From contig JAHCIA010000001.1 in assembly GCA_026129465.1 (NCBI GenBank), forward strand, positions 69,964 to 133,963: 64,000 nucleotides of DNA, in the 5' to 3' direction. Shown here piece after piece: positions 1 to 8,237 of this stretch. The translations under genes were made by a program, and so were the position numbers. The notes below the pieces were generated by a model. That model did not search any database. It was not told the DNA's origin and was given only the letters and a program-made list of their open reading frames with translations. The number at the start of each line of letters is the position of its first letter. The first letter of the stretch is position 1. Origin of the DNA: Flavobacteriales bacterium (GTDB taxonomy: Bacteria; Bacteroidota; Bacteroidia; Flavobacteriales_F; PHOS-HE28).

Positions 1-1
1 A

Positions 2-511
2 TTGGTGGTGCGCCCTGACCCGAATGTGCGTAAGGCGGCCGTGCGCATGGCAACGGCCCACTTTTCGGATGTGCCCGTGGGGCCGGACGAATTCACCCTG
101 GTGCAGTCATTCTCCATCTTCAAGGAGATCAATTCGCGCTGGACCTATGTTTCCGACGTGAAGGGTGGGGAATATTTCGCACCTCCCTCCGAAAGCATCG
201 AACTCATGGCCGGAGACTGCGATGATCACGCCGTCCTCATGGCGGCCTGCATCAAGGCCATCGGTGGCATGGTGCGCCTGGTCCGGACCGAAGGCCATGT
301 CTACCCCGAGTTGCGCGTGGGCGACGACACCAGATTGGAGCGGGCCGCCTTCCTGATCCGCAAGGTGCTTTTCACCACGGAGGTGGGCGACGCGCCGCTT
401 TACCACCACACCGATCCGGACGGTGTCCATTGGATCAACCTCGACTACACGCGCAATTATCCCGGCGGGGAGCTGATGCACGAACGCATCATCGGTATCC
501 TGGAGGTTTAG
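2..511 (+). CDS. Transglutaminase-like cysteine-protease domain protein, C-terminal part; the 5' end is cut by the window edge.
   Basis: The ORF runs from the window start and contains a G-D-C-D-D-H-A motif typical of the transglutaminase-like core. A palindromic hairpin follows downstream. Confidence 0.45.
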   Translation: MVVRPDPNVRKAAVRMATAHFSDVPVGPDEFTLVQSFSIFKEINSRWTYVSDVKGGEYFAPPSESIELMAGDCDDHAVLMAACIKAIGGMVRLVRTEGHVYPELRVGDDTRLERAAFLIRKVLFTTEVGDAPLYHHTDPDGVHWINLDYTRNYPGGELMHERIIGILEV

Positions 512-549
512 GGACCACCACGCCATGAACCGGTATCTTGGCGGGGTCC

Positions 550-2301
550 ATGAAGCGCCTGGTCGAACCCGCTGAGCTGGCCAAGGCCAGCCACATGCGC
601 CCCGGTGATGCGCGCATCACCCTTCTCACCGAGGTCAGCGGGTTGAAGCGTCTCGAGCGCTTCTACAACGCCATCGAACATCTTCATGACCTGGACTTCG
701 CCGCCGCGGTGTTCGACAAGCTGGAGCTGGCCATTGAGGTCGACGAAAAGGACCTCGCCGGCATTCCGCGCTCGGGTGGGCTGGTCTTCGTGGCCAACCA
801 TCCATACGGCGCCATCGATGGGCTGGCCTTGGTGCATGTACTGGGCAGGGTGCGGCCGGACCTGAAGGTGATGGCCAATTTCCTGCTTCAGCAATTGGAG
901 CCCCTGCGCGATCGCTTCATAGGTGTGAATCCTTTCGAGAAGCTCACGGCGAGAAGCAGTTTCCAAGGCATGCGACAGGCCATGGCCCATGTGCAGGGTG
1001 GGGGGGCGCTCGCGCTGTTCCCGGCCGGGGAGGTGAGCAGCTGGCGCACGGAACTCAAATCCGTGGCCGACCCGCGCTGGAAGATGCCGGCCATCAAGCT
1101 CACGCAGCATCTGGGCGTGCCCGTGGTACCCGTATGGTTCGATGGCAACAACAGTGTGTTGTTCCACATGCTGGGCATGATCCATCCCAACCTGCGCACA
1201 CTGGCACTGCCGAAGGAGATGTTGCGCATGCGTGGTCGTTCGCTGAGGATGCGTGTGGGCAAGCCCATCGCGCCGTCGGACATCGAGGCGTTCACCTCGG
1301 CCGAGCAACTCACACGATACTTGCGTGCGAAGACCTACGCCCTGGGCAGTGGCCTGCAGGTGAAGCGCGATCTCTTCACCCCGCTGCGCTTTCCGCGCAG
1401 GCCCAAGGATGTCGTTCCGGCGGTGGAGAGCGACCTGTTGCTGCGCGAGATCGACGGCCTGGCCGACCTGAAGCTGAACGAGCAGGCGGAATTCGAGCTC
1501 TATCTCGCACCCAGTCACAGGATCCCGAACATCCTCCGCGAGATCGGACGGCTGCGGGAGGAGACCTTCCGCGTTGTGGGCGAAGGCACCAACAAGGCCA
1601 TCGACCTGGACGAGTTCGACATCTACTACGACCACCTCTTCCTCTGGGACCGTGCCCAACGGCGAATCGCTGGCGCCTACCGTATCGGTGACGGCCGGAG
1701 CATCATGGGCAAGTATGGACGGCGTGCTTTCTACATCAGCACGCTTTTTCGCATGGACCGTCGCATGGACCGTGTGCTGCGAAAGAGTTTCGAGCTGGGC
1801 CGTTCATTCGTCACGCAGGATTATCAACGCCAGCGACTGCCCTTGTACATGCTCTGGCGCGGCCTGCTGCTGCACATGATGGCGAATACTGACATGCGCT
1901 ACCTCATAGGTCCGGTGAGCATCAGCGCCACCTACAGCCGGTTCTCGCGCAAACTCATCATGGAATTCGTGCGCCAGAACCATTATGATGATGAGATGGC
2001 CGCCTGGGTGCGGCCGCGCAACCGGTTCAAAGTGCGCAACGACAAGTCCGACAGCGAGGCGCTCGTGCAGGCCTCCATGGCCGATCTGAAGAAGATGGAC
2101 CGGCTCATCGCCGAGGTGGATCCCCATGAGACCGGCATGCCTGTGCTGCTGAAGAAGTACCTGCTGCTGCACGCCCGCATCATCGGCTTCAACCGCGACC
2201 CTCGCTTCAATGATGCGCTGGACGGCCTGATGCTGCTTGACCTGCATCGCCTGCCGGAGCGTACCGTGGAGGATCTTCGGAAAGGGATGACAGAGGCTTG
2301 A
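550..2301 (+). CDS. Bifunctional acyltransferase (OlsF-like aminolipid/ornithine-lipid synthase): N-terminal lysophospholipid O-acyltransferase fused to a C-terminal GNAT-like N-acyltransferase.
   Basis: The N-terminus has a PlsC-like VANHPYGAIDG (HX5D) block and the C-terminal ~250 aa are hemolysin/OlsB-like. At ~583 aa it matches the fused Flavobacterium/Serratia OlsF architecture. The track start at 538 is TTG, so the first ATG at 550 (MKRLVEP) is chosen. Confidence 0.55.
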   Translation: MKRLVEPAELAKASHMRPGDARITLLTEVSGLKRLERFYNAIEHLHDLDFAAAVFDKLELAIEVDEKDLAGIPRSGGLVFVANHPYGAIDGLALVHVLGRVRPDLKVMANFLLQQLEPLRDRFIGVNPFEKLTARSSFQGMRQAMAHVQGGGALALFPAGEVSSWRTELKSVADPRWKMPAIKLTQHLGVPVVPVWFDGNNSVLFHMLGMIHPNLRTLALPKEMLRMRGRSLRMRVGKPIAPSDIEAFTSAEQLTRYLRAKTYALGSGLQVKRDLFTPLRFPRRPKDVVPAVESDLLLREIDGLADLKLNEQAEFELYLAPSHRIPNILREIGRLREETFRVVGEGTNKAIDLDEFDIYYDHLFLWDRAQRRIAGAYRIGDGRSIMGKYGRRAFYISTLFRMDRRMDRVLRKSFELGRSFVTQDYQRQRLPLYMLWRGLLLHMMANTDMRYLIGPVSISATYSRFSRKLIMEFVRQNHYDDEMAAWVRPRNRFKVRNDKSDSEALVQASMADLKKMDRLIAEVDPHETGMPVLLKKYLLLHARIIGFNRDPRFNDALDGLMLLDLHRLPERTVEDLRKGMTEA

Positions 2302-2305
2302 AGCC

Positions 2306-3103
2306 TCAGGCCCTTATGGCTGTTGGCTCCTGTACCATTGTGCGCCCCACACCTGTGCCCAGGCCCACGGATGCCTCGTGCATGTAAAGGGACCAATGAC
2401 CGTCCGCGTATTCGAGCGCGCTCATGTGCTCGATCCAATCACCGGAGTTCATGTAGTTCACGCTCCCCTTGGAAGTATCGATACGCCTGATCTGGGGCTG
2501 GTGGATATGGCCGCACACCACATGGTCATACCCTTCATGCACGGCGATGCTCGCCGCCGTCTCCTCGAAGTCCCCGATGTAGGCCACGGCGCGCTTCACA
2601 CTGCGCTTCACCCTTTTGCTGAAGCTCATGCGCGGCCGGCCGGTCCGCTCCAGGAACCAATTCACCACGTTGTTGATCCGGATGAGCAGGTCATAGCCGA
2701 AGCCGCCGAGTTTGGCCAGCCACTTGGCGTGCTTCATGGTCGCGTCGAAAATGTCACCGTGGAAGAACCAGTAGCGCTGTCCATCCACGGTGAGCACCAA
2801 TTTGTCCAGGAGTTGCAGGTTGCCGAGCATGGCCGGGCTGTACCTGCGCAAGGCCTCATCGTGGTTGCCCGTGATGTAGTACACCGGCACCTTGGCCGCC
2901 ATCTTCAACAGCCTCTTCAGGACCTGCATGTGGCTCTTGGGGAAATAGCTCTTCTTGAACTGCCAGATGTCGATGATGTCGCCGTTGAGCACCACCATTT
3001 TCGGCTTGATGCCCCGCAGGTAGTCTTTCAGTTCGCGGGCACGGCAGCCGTAGGTGCCCAGGTGAAGGTCCGAGAGCACCAGGATGTCGATCTTCCTTTT
3101 CAT
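2306..3103 (-). CDS. LpxH-like metallophosphoesterase (UDP-2,3-diacylglucosamine diphosphatase family).
   Basis: Contains the MKRKIDILVLSDLHLG, GDIIDIW, GNHD and CGHIH metallophosphoesterase motifs. Start ATG at 3103 was verified as 'cat' on the plus strand. The longer track ORF to 3250 has no better start. Confidence 0.6.
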   Translation of the reverse strand: MKRKIDILVLSDLHLGTYGCRARELKDYLRGIKPKMVVLNGDIIDIWQFKKSYFPKSHMQVLKRLLKMAAKVPVYYITGNHDEALRRYSPAMLGNLQLLDKLVLTVDGQRYWFFHGDIFDATMKHAKWLAKLGGFGYDLLIRINNVVNWFLERTGRPRMSFSKRVKRSVKRAVAYIGDFEETAASIAVHEGYDHVVCGHIHQPQIRRIDTSKGSVNYMNSGDWIEHMSALEYADGHWSLYMHEASVGLGTGVGRTMVQEPTAIRA

Positions 3104-3239
3104 GTGGATCGCCGGGGCGCTGGTCGCGTGCCGCACGATGGCCAAAACTGGCCCAATGGTGTTTCCGGGGTATGAAGGACCGGTTAAGAGCGAGGAAGGC
3201 GTCCACAGGGCCTGTTCATGGTGCGCCGATCTTTGCACC

Positions 3240-3620
3240 ATGGTGGGCAATGAAGGACATCATCCTGTGACCTTGGTCTTGGGGGCCAGTCCCAACCCGA
3301 TGCGCTATGCCAACCTGGCCATCCGTCGGCTGCGGGAGCGGGGCTACCCGGTGCTCGCCATCGGGAAGCGCCAGGGTATGGTGGCGGATGTCCCCATCCA
3401 GCGGGAGTTGCCCCCGGACGCCTTGGTTGACACGGTGACGATGTACCTGTCCGCTGCGAACCAGGCCCCGTGGGAGGACCTGCTGCTGGCCTTGTCCCCG
3501 CGCCGCATCATTTTCAACCCTGGCGCCGAGAATCCAGCTTTCGCGAAGCGCGCCACCGCCCAAGGGGTCGAAGTGGAGAACGCTTGTACACTGGTCATGC
3601 TGGCGACCGGGGTCTATTGA
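3240..3620 (+). CDS. CoA-binding domain protein (YccU-like).
   Basis: A 126-aa ORF from ATG 3240 with the LVLGASPNPMRYANLAIRRLRERGYPV pattern of small CoA-binding proteins. The upstream part of track ORF 3084-3239 overlaps the LpxH start and is discarded. Confidence 0.55.
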   Translation: MVGNEGHHPVTLVLGASPNPMRYANLAIRRLRERGYPVLAIGKRQGMVADVPIQRELPPDALVDTVTMYLSAANQAPWEDLLLALSPRRIIFNPGAENPAFAKRATAQGVEVENACTLVMLATGVY

Positions 3621-3638
3621 CCGTGCCTTCGGGCAAAT

Positions 3639-3668
3639 GAAGAAGCCGTCCCCGGGGACGGCTTCTTC
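3639..3668. terminator. Perfect 13-bp hairpin (gaagaagccgtcc/ggacggcttcttc, loop ccgg) between the convergent CoA-binding and rplS genes.
   Basis: Read directly from the sequence. There is no clear T-tract, so it is probably a bidirectional structure-only terminator. Confidence 0.5.
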
Positions 3669-3688
3669 AGCGAATTCGGGAGGGTGGC

Positions 3689-4060
3689 CTATTGCGCCTC
3701 CCCGGCCGTTACGGCCTGGCGCTTCTCGGTGATGCGGGCGCTCTTGCCCCGACGGTCCCGGAGATAGAAGATCCGGGCCCGGCGAACCACGCCACGCTTG
3801 TTCACGTCGATCTTGTCGATGAAGGGGGAGGCCACCGGGAAGATGCGCTCAACGCCCACGTTGTTGCTGATCTTCCGCACGGTGAAGGTGCCGGTGCTGC
3901 CGGTGCCCTTGCGCTGGATCACCACGCCTTGGAACTGCTGCACGCGCTCTTTGTTGCCCTCTTTGATCCGGTAGTGCACCGTGATCGTGTCGCCGGCCTT
4001 GAACTCCGGATGGGCCTTGAGCGGGGAGTACTCCTTTTCCAGTTGCTTGATGCGATCCAT
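3689..4060 (-). CDS. rplS: 50S ribosomal protein L19.
   Basis: [11 protein letters not shown]...[13 protein letters not shown]...[15 protein letters not shown] is canonical L19. It is 123 aa with ATG at 4060 and lies directly downstream of trmD. Confidence 0.92.
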   Translation of the reverse strand: MDRIKQLEKEYSPLKAHPEFKAGDTITVHYRIKEGNKERVQQFQGVVIQRKGTGSTGTFTVRKISNNVGVERIFPVASPFIDKIDVNKRGVVRRARIFYLRDRRGKSARITEKRQAVTAGEAQ

Positions 4061-4139
4061 GGCAGGTGTGCGTTGCGGGTCCGTGGTAGAGGAAGGGACC
4101 CTGAAATCGGGGCGCAATATTAAGCAACTTTCGGCTTCA

Positions 4140-4838
4140 CTAACCCGCCCCATCCCCTTCCGATGGGGGGAGCAGGTGGGGGCGCCGTGCCTTGGTGCGT
4201 TCCACCGCGCGTTCGTACCGCCAGGCTTCGATGCGGGCCTGATGGCCGCTGGTGAGCACCTCCGGCACTTTCCAACCCTCATAAACGGCCGGTCGGGTAT
4301 AGACCGGCGGGGCCACCAGACCGTCCTGGAAGCTGTCGCTCAGGGCCGAGGTCTCGTCGCCCAAAGCCCCGGGCACCAGTCTGGTGATGGCATCGGTGAG
4401 CACGGCTGCGGCCAGTTCCCCCCCGGACAGCACGTAGTCGCCAATGCTGATCTCGCGGTCGATGAGATGCTCGCGCACCCGCTCGTCCACCCCCTTGTAG
4501 TGGCCGCAAAGCAGGATCAGGTTCCCGATCACGCTCAGGCGGTTCACCAGCGGCTGGTTAAGCAGCTCGCCGTCCGGGCTCATGTAGATGGTTTCGGCGT
4601 AGTCACGTTCGGATTTCAGTTGTTCGATGGCCCGGTGGATCGGGCCCACCATCATCACCATGCCCGCACCGCCACCGAATGGCTCATCGTCCAGGCGCCG
4701 GTGCTTGTCCGTGCTCCATTGCCGCAGGTCATGGACGTGCACTTCCACCACGCCCTTGTCACGGGCCCTTTTCACGATGCTGGCGTCGTACCAACCCTGC
4801 ATCAGCGCAGGTACGGCGGTGAGGATGTCGATGCGCAT
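4140..4838 (-). CDS. trmD: tRNA (guanine37-N1)-methyltransferase.
   Basis: [10 protein letters not shown]...FGGGAGMVM...VLSGGELAA are TrmD SPOUT motifs. ATG at 4838 was verified. The 257-aa track ORF has a spurious 25-aa N-terminal extension. Confidence 0.9.
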   Translation of the reverse strand: MRIDILTAVPALMQGWYDASIVKRARDKGVVEVHVHDLRQWSTDKHRRLDDEPFGGGAGMVMMVGPIHRAIEQLKSERDYAETIYMSPDGELLNQPLVNRLSVIGNLILLCGHYKGVDERVREHLIDREISIGDYVLSGGELAAAVLTDAITRLVPGALGDETSALSDSFQDGLVAPPVYTRPAVYEGWKVPEVLTSGHQARIEAWRYERAVERTKARRPHLLPPSEGDGAG

Positions 4839-4968
4839 GGGTTCCGTGCGGGTGGCCGCAAAGTTGGGCCATGCGCCAGGTGTGTCCAAAGTCCGGTGGC
4901 CATGGCTCATCATGGAACATCCCTACCTTCGGCATGCCGATTGCCCCCCGGGGCGCCCATCTATTCCG

Positions 4969-5700
4969 ATGACCATGATGAAGCGTACGCTCCTTGCCCT
5001 GTTCACTGTCGCCCAACTCGCCGTCCACGCGCAGAAGCATGTTTACGAGGACCTGCTTGTGATGTACGTGGACGAGAAGTACGAGAAGTGCATCGCAAAG
5101 GCCGAAGGCTATACCCTGAACGATGCCACCAAACGCGATGCGTTGCCCTTCCTCTACATCTCCATGTGCTTCCACGAGATGTCCAAGCAGGAGAAATACC
5201 TGAAGGACTACCCGAAGGCGGGACGCGAAGCATCGAAGTGGGCCGAGAAATACCGCCGCAAGGACAAGGAACTGGAGTTCTTCAACAACTACGAGGATTT
5301 CTGGATGTCACTCAACCTGGCGGGTCTGGAGGAAGGCGAGAACCTGTTGGACGACCCCAAGGGCCTGAGCCGGGCCCGGCAGGTCTTCACCAGCATGACC
5401 AAGTACTACCCCGAGAACCCCGGTCCTTGGCTGCTGCTGGCCATCACGCAGTACAAGGGCAATCTGGTGCGCGAGGCCGACGTGAGCTTGAAGGAGTTCG
5501 ACAAGGCATTGAAGGGCGCGGGCGACATCGGCAACCTGCCCGCCGACCAGAAGAAAGCACTGAAGTCGGCACTGATCCGTTATTCGGACCACATGGTGGA
5601 GAAGGGCATGCGCGACAAGGCCCGGCAGTATATGGAGATCGGCAAGGAGCACTTCATGGGCGAGCCGGACTTCAAGTCCGTTTATGGCTCGCTGCACTGA
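4969..5700 (+). CDS. Hypothetical secreted protein (243 aa, signal peptide, helical/TPR-like).
   Basis: ATG at 4969 gives MTMMKRTLLALFTVAQLAVHAQ, a clean signal peptide. The upstream 114 aa of the track ORF are antisense to trmD and are rejected. Confidence 0.5.
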   Translation: MTMMKRTLLALFTVAQLAVHAQKHVYEDLLVMYVDEKYEKCIAKAEGYTLNDATKRDALPFLYISMCFHEMSKQEKYLKDYPKAGREASKWAEKYRRKDKELEFFNNYEDFWMSLNLAGLEEGENLLDDPKGLSRARQVFTSMTKYYPENPGPWLLLAITQYKGNLVREADVSLKEFDKALKGAGDIGNLPADQKKALKSALIRYSDHMVEKGMRDKARQYMEIGKEHFMGEPDFKSVYGSLH

Positions 5701-5728
5701 TCGACAGCGATAGGCCAATTCCACAAGG

Positions 5729-5759
5729 ACGGAGGCTCAGGGCCTCCGTTTCTTTTTCC
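5729..5759. terminator. Rho-independent terminator: acggaggc tcagg gcctccgt followed by TTCTTTTTCC.
   Basis: An 8-bp stem plus T-tract lies immediately after the 4969-5700 gene. The same hairpin overlaps the stop of a tiny minus-strand ORF at 5737-5844. Confidence 0.65.
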
Positions 5760-5860
5760 GCCGGGCGTTGGAGCGCTGTATCATGCGGGCCACGATCACG
5801 AACATGGCGATCATGAGGATGGCCCAGAGTACTCGGATGGACATGGCCGGGGCTTTCGGC

Positions 5861-8170
5861 CTAAGGTAAGGCCGCCGGTGAACGTCCGCGCCGCAGCAGG
5901 CGCAGGGCTAGGATGGGCAGGAGCACCAGGTCGGCAACCAAGGCGGTGGCCAGTGTGAGGCTTACGAGCAGGCCCATGTAGTAAACGCTGGCGAAACCGG
6001 AGAAGACCAGCGCGATGAAGCCTGAAAGGAGCATGATGCTCGTGATCAACAGGGCCTTGCCGGCCGAAAGAAAAGCGCGGCGCATGGCGAAGGCGGGCGA
6101 GCGGCCCTTGAGCATCTCGATGCGCAGTTTGCCCAGCATGTGGATCGTGTCGTCCACCGCGATGCCGAATGCGATGGTGAAGATGATGGCCGTGCTCACC
6201 TTGATGTCGATGCCCACCGCGCCCATGAAGCCGCCCACCACCAGCAGGGGCAACATGTTGGGCAGCAGGGCCACCAGGGTCATGCGCCGGTCCCGGAATA
6301 CCAGGGCCATGATGGCCGCGATGAGAAAGAACGCGATGGACAGCCCGCCGATCAACTGGCCGCTGAGCTTCGCGTTGCTTCGGTCAATGAGGAAAGCCAT
6401 TCCGGTCTGGTCGAAGCGGGCGATCTCGGGTCGTGTCCGTTCCCGGATGAAGGAATCAAGCACCTTGTTGCGGCGCATGTGCACATGTCCTCCTTCGTCC
6501 ACCATGCGCCCACTGATCCTCGCGATCCTGCCGTCAGGCGTCGCGAGCCTGGCCATGTCATCACCTCCGGCAAAGGCCCCGGCTCGGCGCACAAGCCGGT
6601 GTGCTTCACCCGCTTCTTCAGGAAGGCGGTAGTAGGTCTCGTCACCCGCGTGGCTGGCCTTGTTCAGGGTCTTCACCAGGGTCACGGGAGACAGTATGCC
6701 CCGAACCCCATAAACCGTGGCCAGGTGATATTCCACGGCCTCCATGTCGCGCAGCGGCTCCAGGTCCCAGACGGTGCTTGCAGGGTCCGTCATGGTCACC
6801 TCCATCTCGAAAGGCCGCACCCCCCCGAAGCGATCCTCGAACCAGTAGTAGTCCTGTTTCTGTGGATCGTCCTCGGGCCAATCCTCCAGCAACTGGTTGT
6901 CCACCTTGAGCCGGGTGATGGCGAGCAGGCTCAGAACGGCCACGGCGGCGAAGGCCCAAGGGATGCGCCTCCTGTGGCGCAATACCCAGCGGAAGGAGGC
7001 ATGCAACAACGGATACCAGGTGCTCCTCCGTTCGTCCACCTGTGCCGCCACCGGCGTGCGCACCAGCAGCAGCACGGCGGGCAGCAGGGTGAAGGCCAGC
7101 GCGAAGGCGAGAAAGACGCCGGCCCCGGTGTACAGACCGAACTCGCGGATGGGCGCGATGCCGCTGGTGAGCAAGGTGCCGAAACCGATAGCGGTGGTGA
7201 GCGATGTGAGGAAGGTGGCCAGACCGACCTCATGGTAGCTGATGGCCAGTGCGCGGCGTTTGTCGTGGCCGTTGCGCAGGGCGGCGATGTACCGCTCCAG
7301 GATGTGGACCACGTCGCTCATGCCCACCACGAAAAGGATGGTGGGCAGCAGCATGGTGAGGATGCTCAGCGGCCGGCCGAGCAGCGTCATCACGCCCACC
7401 TGCCACAGCACGGTGAGCCCCACCACGCCAATGGGCACGAGCACACCCCATAGCGTGCGGAATCCGATCGCCAGGAACAGGGCCAGCAACGCCACTGAAA
7501 GAGAGAAGAAGACCACCAGTTCGCGGCGCATCTTCATGATGTACCAGTACTGGCCGTGGATCCTGCCGCCCATACGCACCTCGCCCAGGCCGCTTAGCGC
7601 CACTACGGCCTCCACCGCTTCCAGCAGCTCATCACTGCGTTCTTTGCTCAGGTTCGGCGCGGTGCGCATCACCAGCAGCAGGGAGCGCTCATCATTGGAC
7701 AGGAAGTGGTCCCGCAGACGTTCATCGCGCAGCAGGCGATCACGATCGGCGGCCAGTGTGCTGTCGTGCTCCAGACGGATCCAGGGAATGGTGAATGGTC
7801 CGACGGGTGTGAGGCGTGGTTCCTCCAGTCGCGTGGGGCCGATCAGCGAGATCACATCGGGCAGTACGGCCAGTTCGCCATGCAGCCGGTCCACATCGCG
7901 CAGGAATTCCAGATCCCAAACGGACGGCTCGTGGGTGAGCGCGAGGAGGAGATGGTCGTTGTCGTGGCCGAAGCGTTCGCGGTAGGCGAGGTAGCGGTCC
8001 AGTTCGGGATCGTCCGTGGGAAAGAAGCGCTCGAAGTCATGGTCCAGCCGCACGTTGCGCAGTGCCAGCCCGAATACGATGGACAGACCCGCCAGCAGCA
8101 CGAGCACCACGCGGGCATTGCGCCGGGTGAGCAGCCTTTCGATGCGTGCGATGCGGCGTTCCATCAACAT
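5861..8170 (-). CDS. MMPL/RND-superfamily exporter (12-TM, two large periplasmic loops).
   Basis: There are two repeats of hydrophobic 6-TM blocks separated by soluble domains, and an MMPL-like GIAVDDTIHML motif. Start candidates are ATG 8170 (MLMERR) or 8164. The track start at 8344 would overlap the divergent neighbour. Confidence 0.6.
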   Translation of the reverse strand: MLMERRIARIERLLTRRNARVVLVLLAGLSIVFGLALRNVRLDHDFERFFPTDDPELDRYLAYRERFGHDNDHLLLALTHEPSVWDLEFLRDVDRLHGELAVLPDVISLIGPTRLEEPRLTPVGPFTIPWIRLEHDSTLAADRDRLLRDERLRDHFLSNDERSLLLVMRTAPNLSKERSDELLEAVEAVVALSGLGEVRMGGRIHGQYWYIMKMRRELVVFFSLSVALLALFLAIGFRTLWGVLVPIGVVGLTVLWQVGVMTLLGRPLSILTMLLPTILFVVGMSDVVHILERYIAALRNGHDKRRALAISYHEVGLATFLTSLTTAIGFGTLLTSGIAPIREFGLYTGAGVFLAFALAFTLLPAVLLLVRTPVAAQVDERRSTWYPLLHASFRWVLRHRRRIPWAFAAVAVLSLLAITRLKVDNQLLEDWPEDDPQKQDYYWFEDRFGGVRPFEMEVTMTDPASTVWDLEPLRDMEAVEYHLATVYGVRGILSPVTLVKTLNKASHAGDETYYRLPEEAGEAHRLVRRAGAFAGGDDMARLATPDGRIARISGRMVDEGGHVHMRRNKVLDSFIRERTRPEIARFDQTGMAFLIDRSNAKLSGQLIGGLSIAFFLIAAIMALVFRDRRMTLVALLPNMLPLLVVGGFMGAVGIDIKVSTAIIFTIAFGIAVDDTIHMLGKLRIEMLKGRSPAFAMRRAFLSAGKALLITSIMLLSGFIALVFSGFASVYYMGLLVSLTLATALVADLVLLPILALRLLRRGRSPAALP

Positions 8171-8237
8171 GGCCCGGTCGAAGCCGGTGGGCAAAGGTGG
8201 GCCAGTCGCCTTCAAGCGGGGTCTAACTTTGTGTTCC

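Noticed and set aside
3981-5816. A 611-aa plus-strand ORF.
   Set aside because: It spans antisense rplS/trmD and another gene's frame. Only the 4969-5700 portion, in its own frame, is a credible gene.
6140-7453. A 437-aa plus-strand ORF inside the MMPL gene.
   Set aside because: Antisense to the MMPL exporter, whose TM periodicity and motifs are on the minus strand. The product is His/Gly/Arg-rich.
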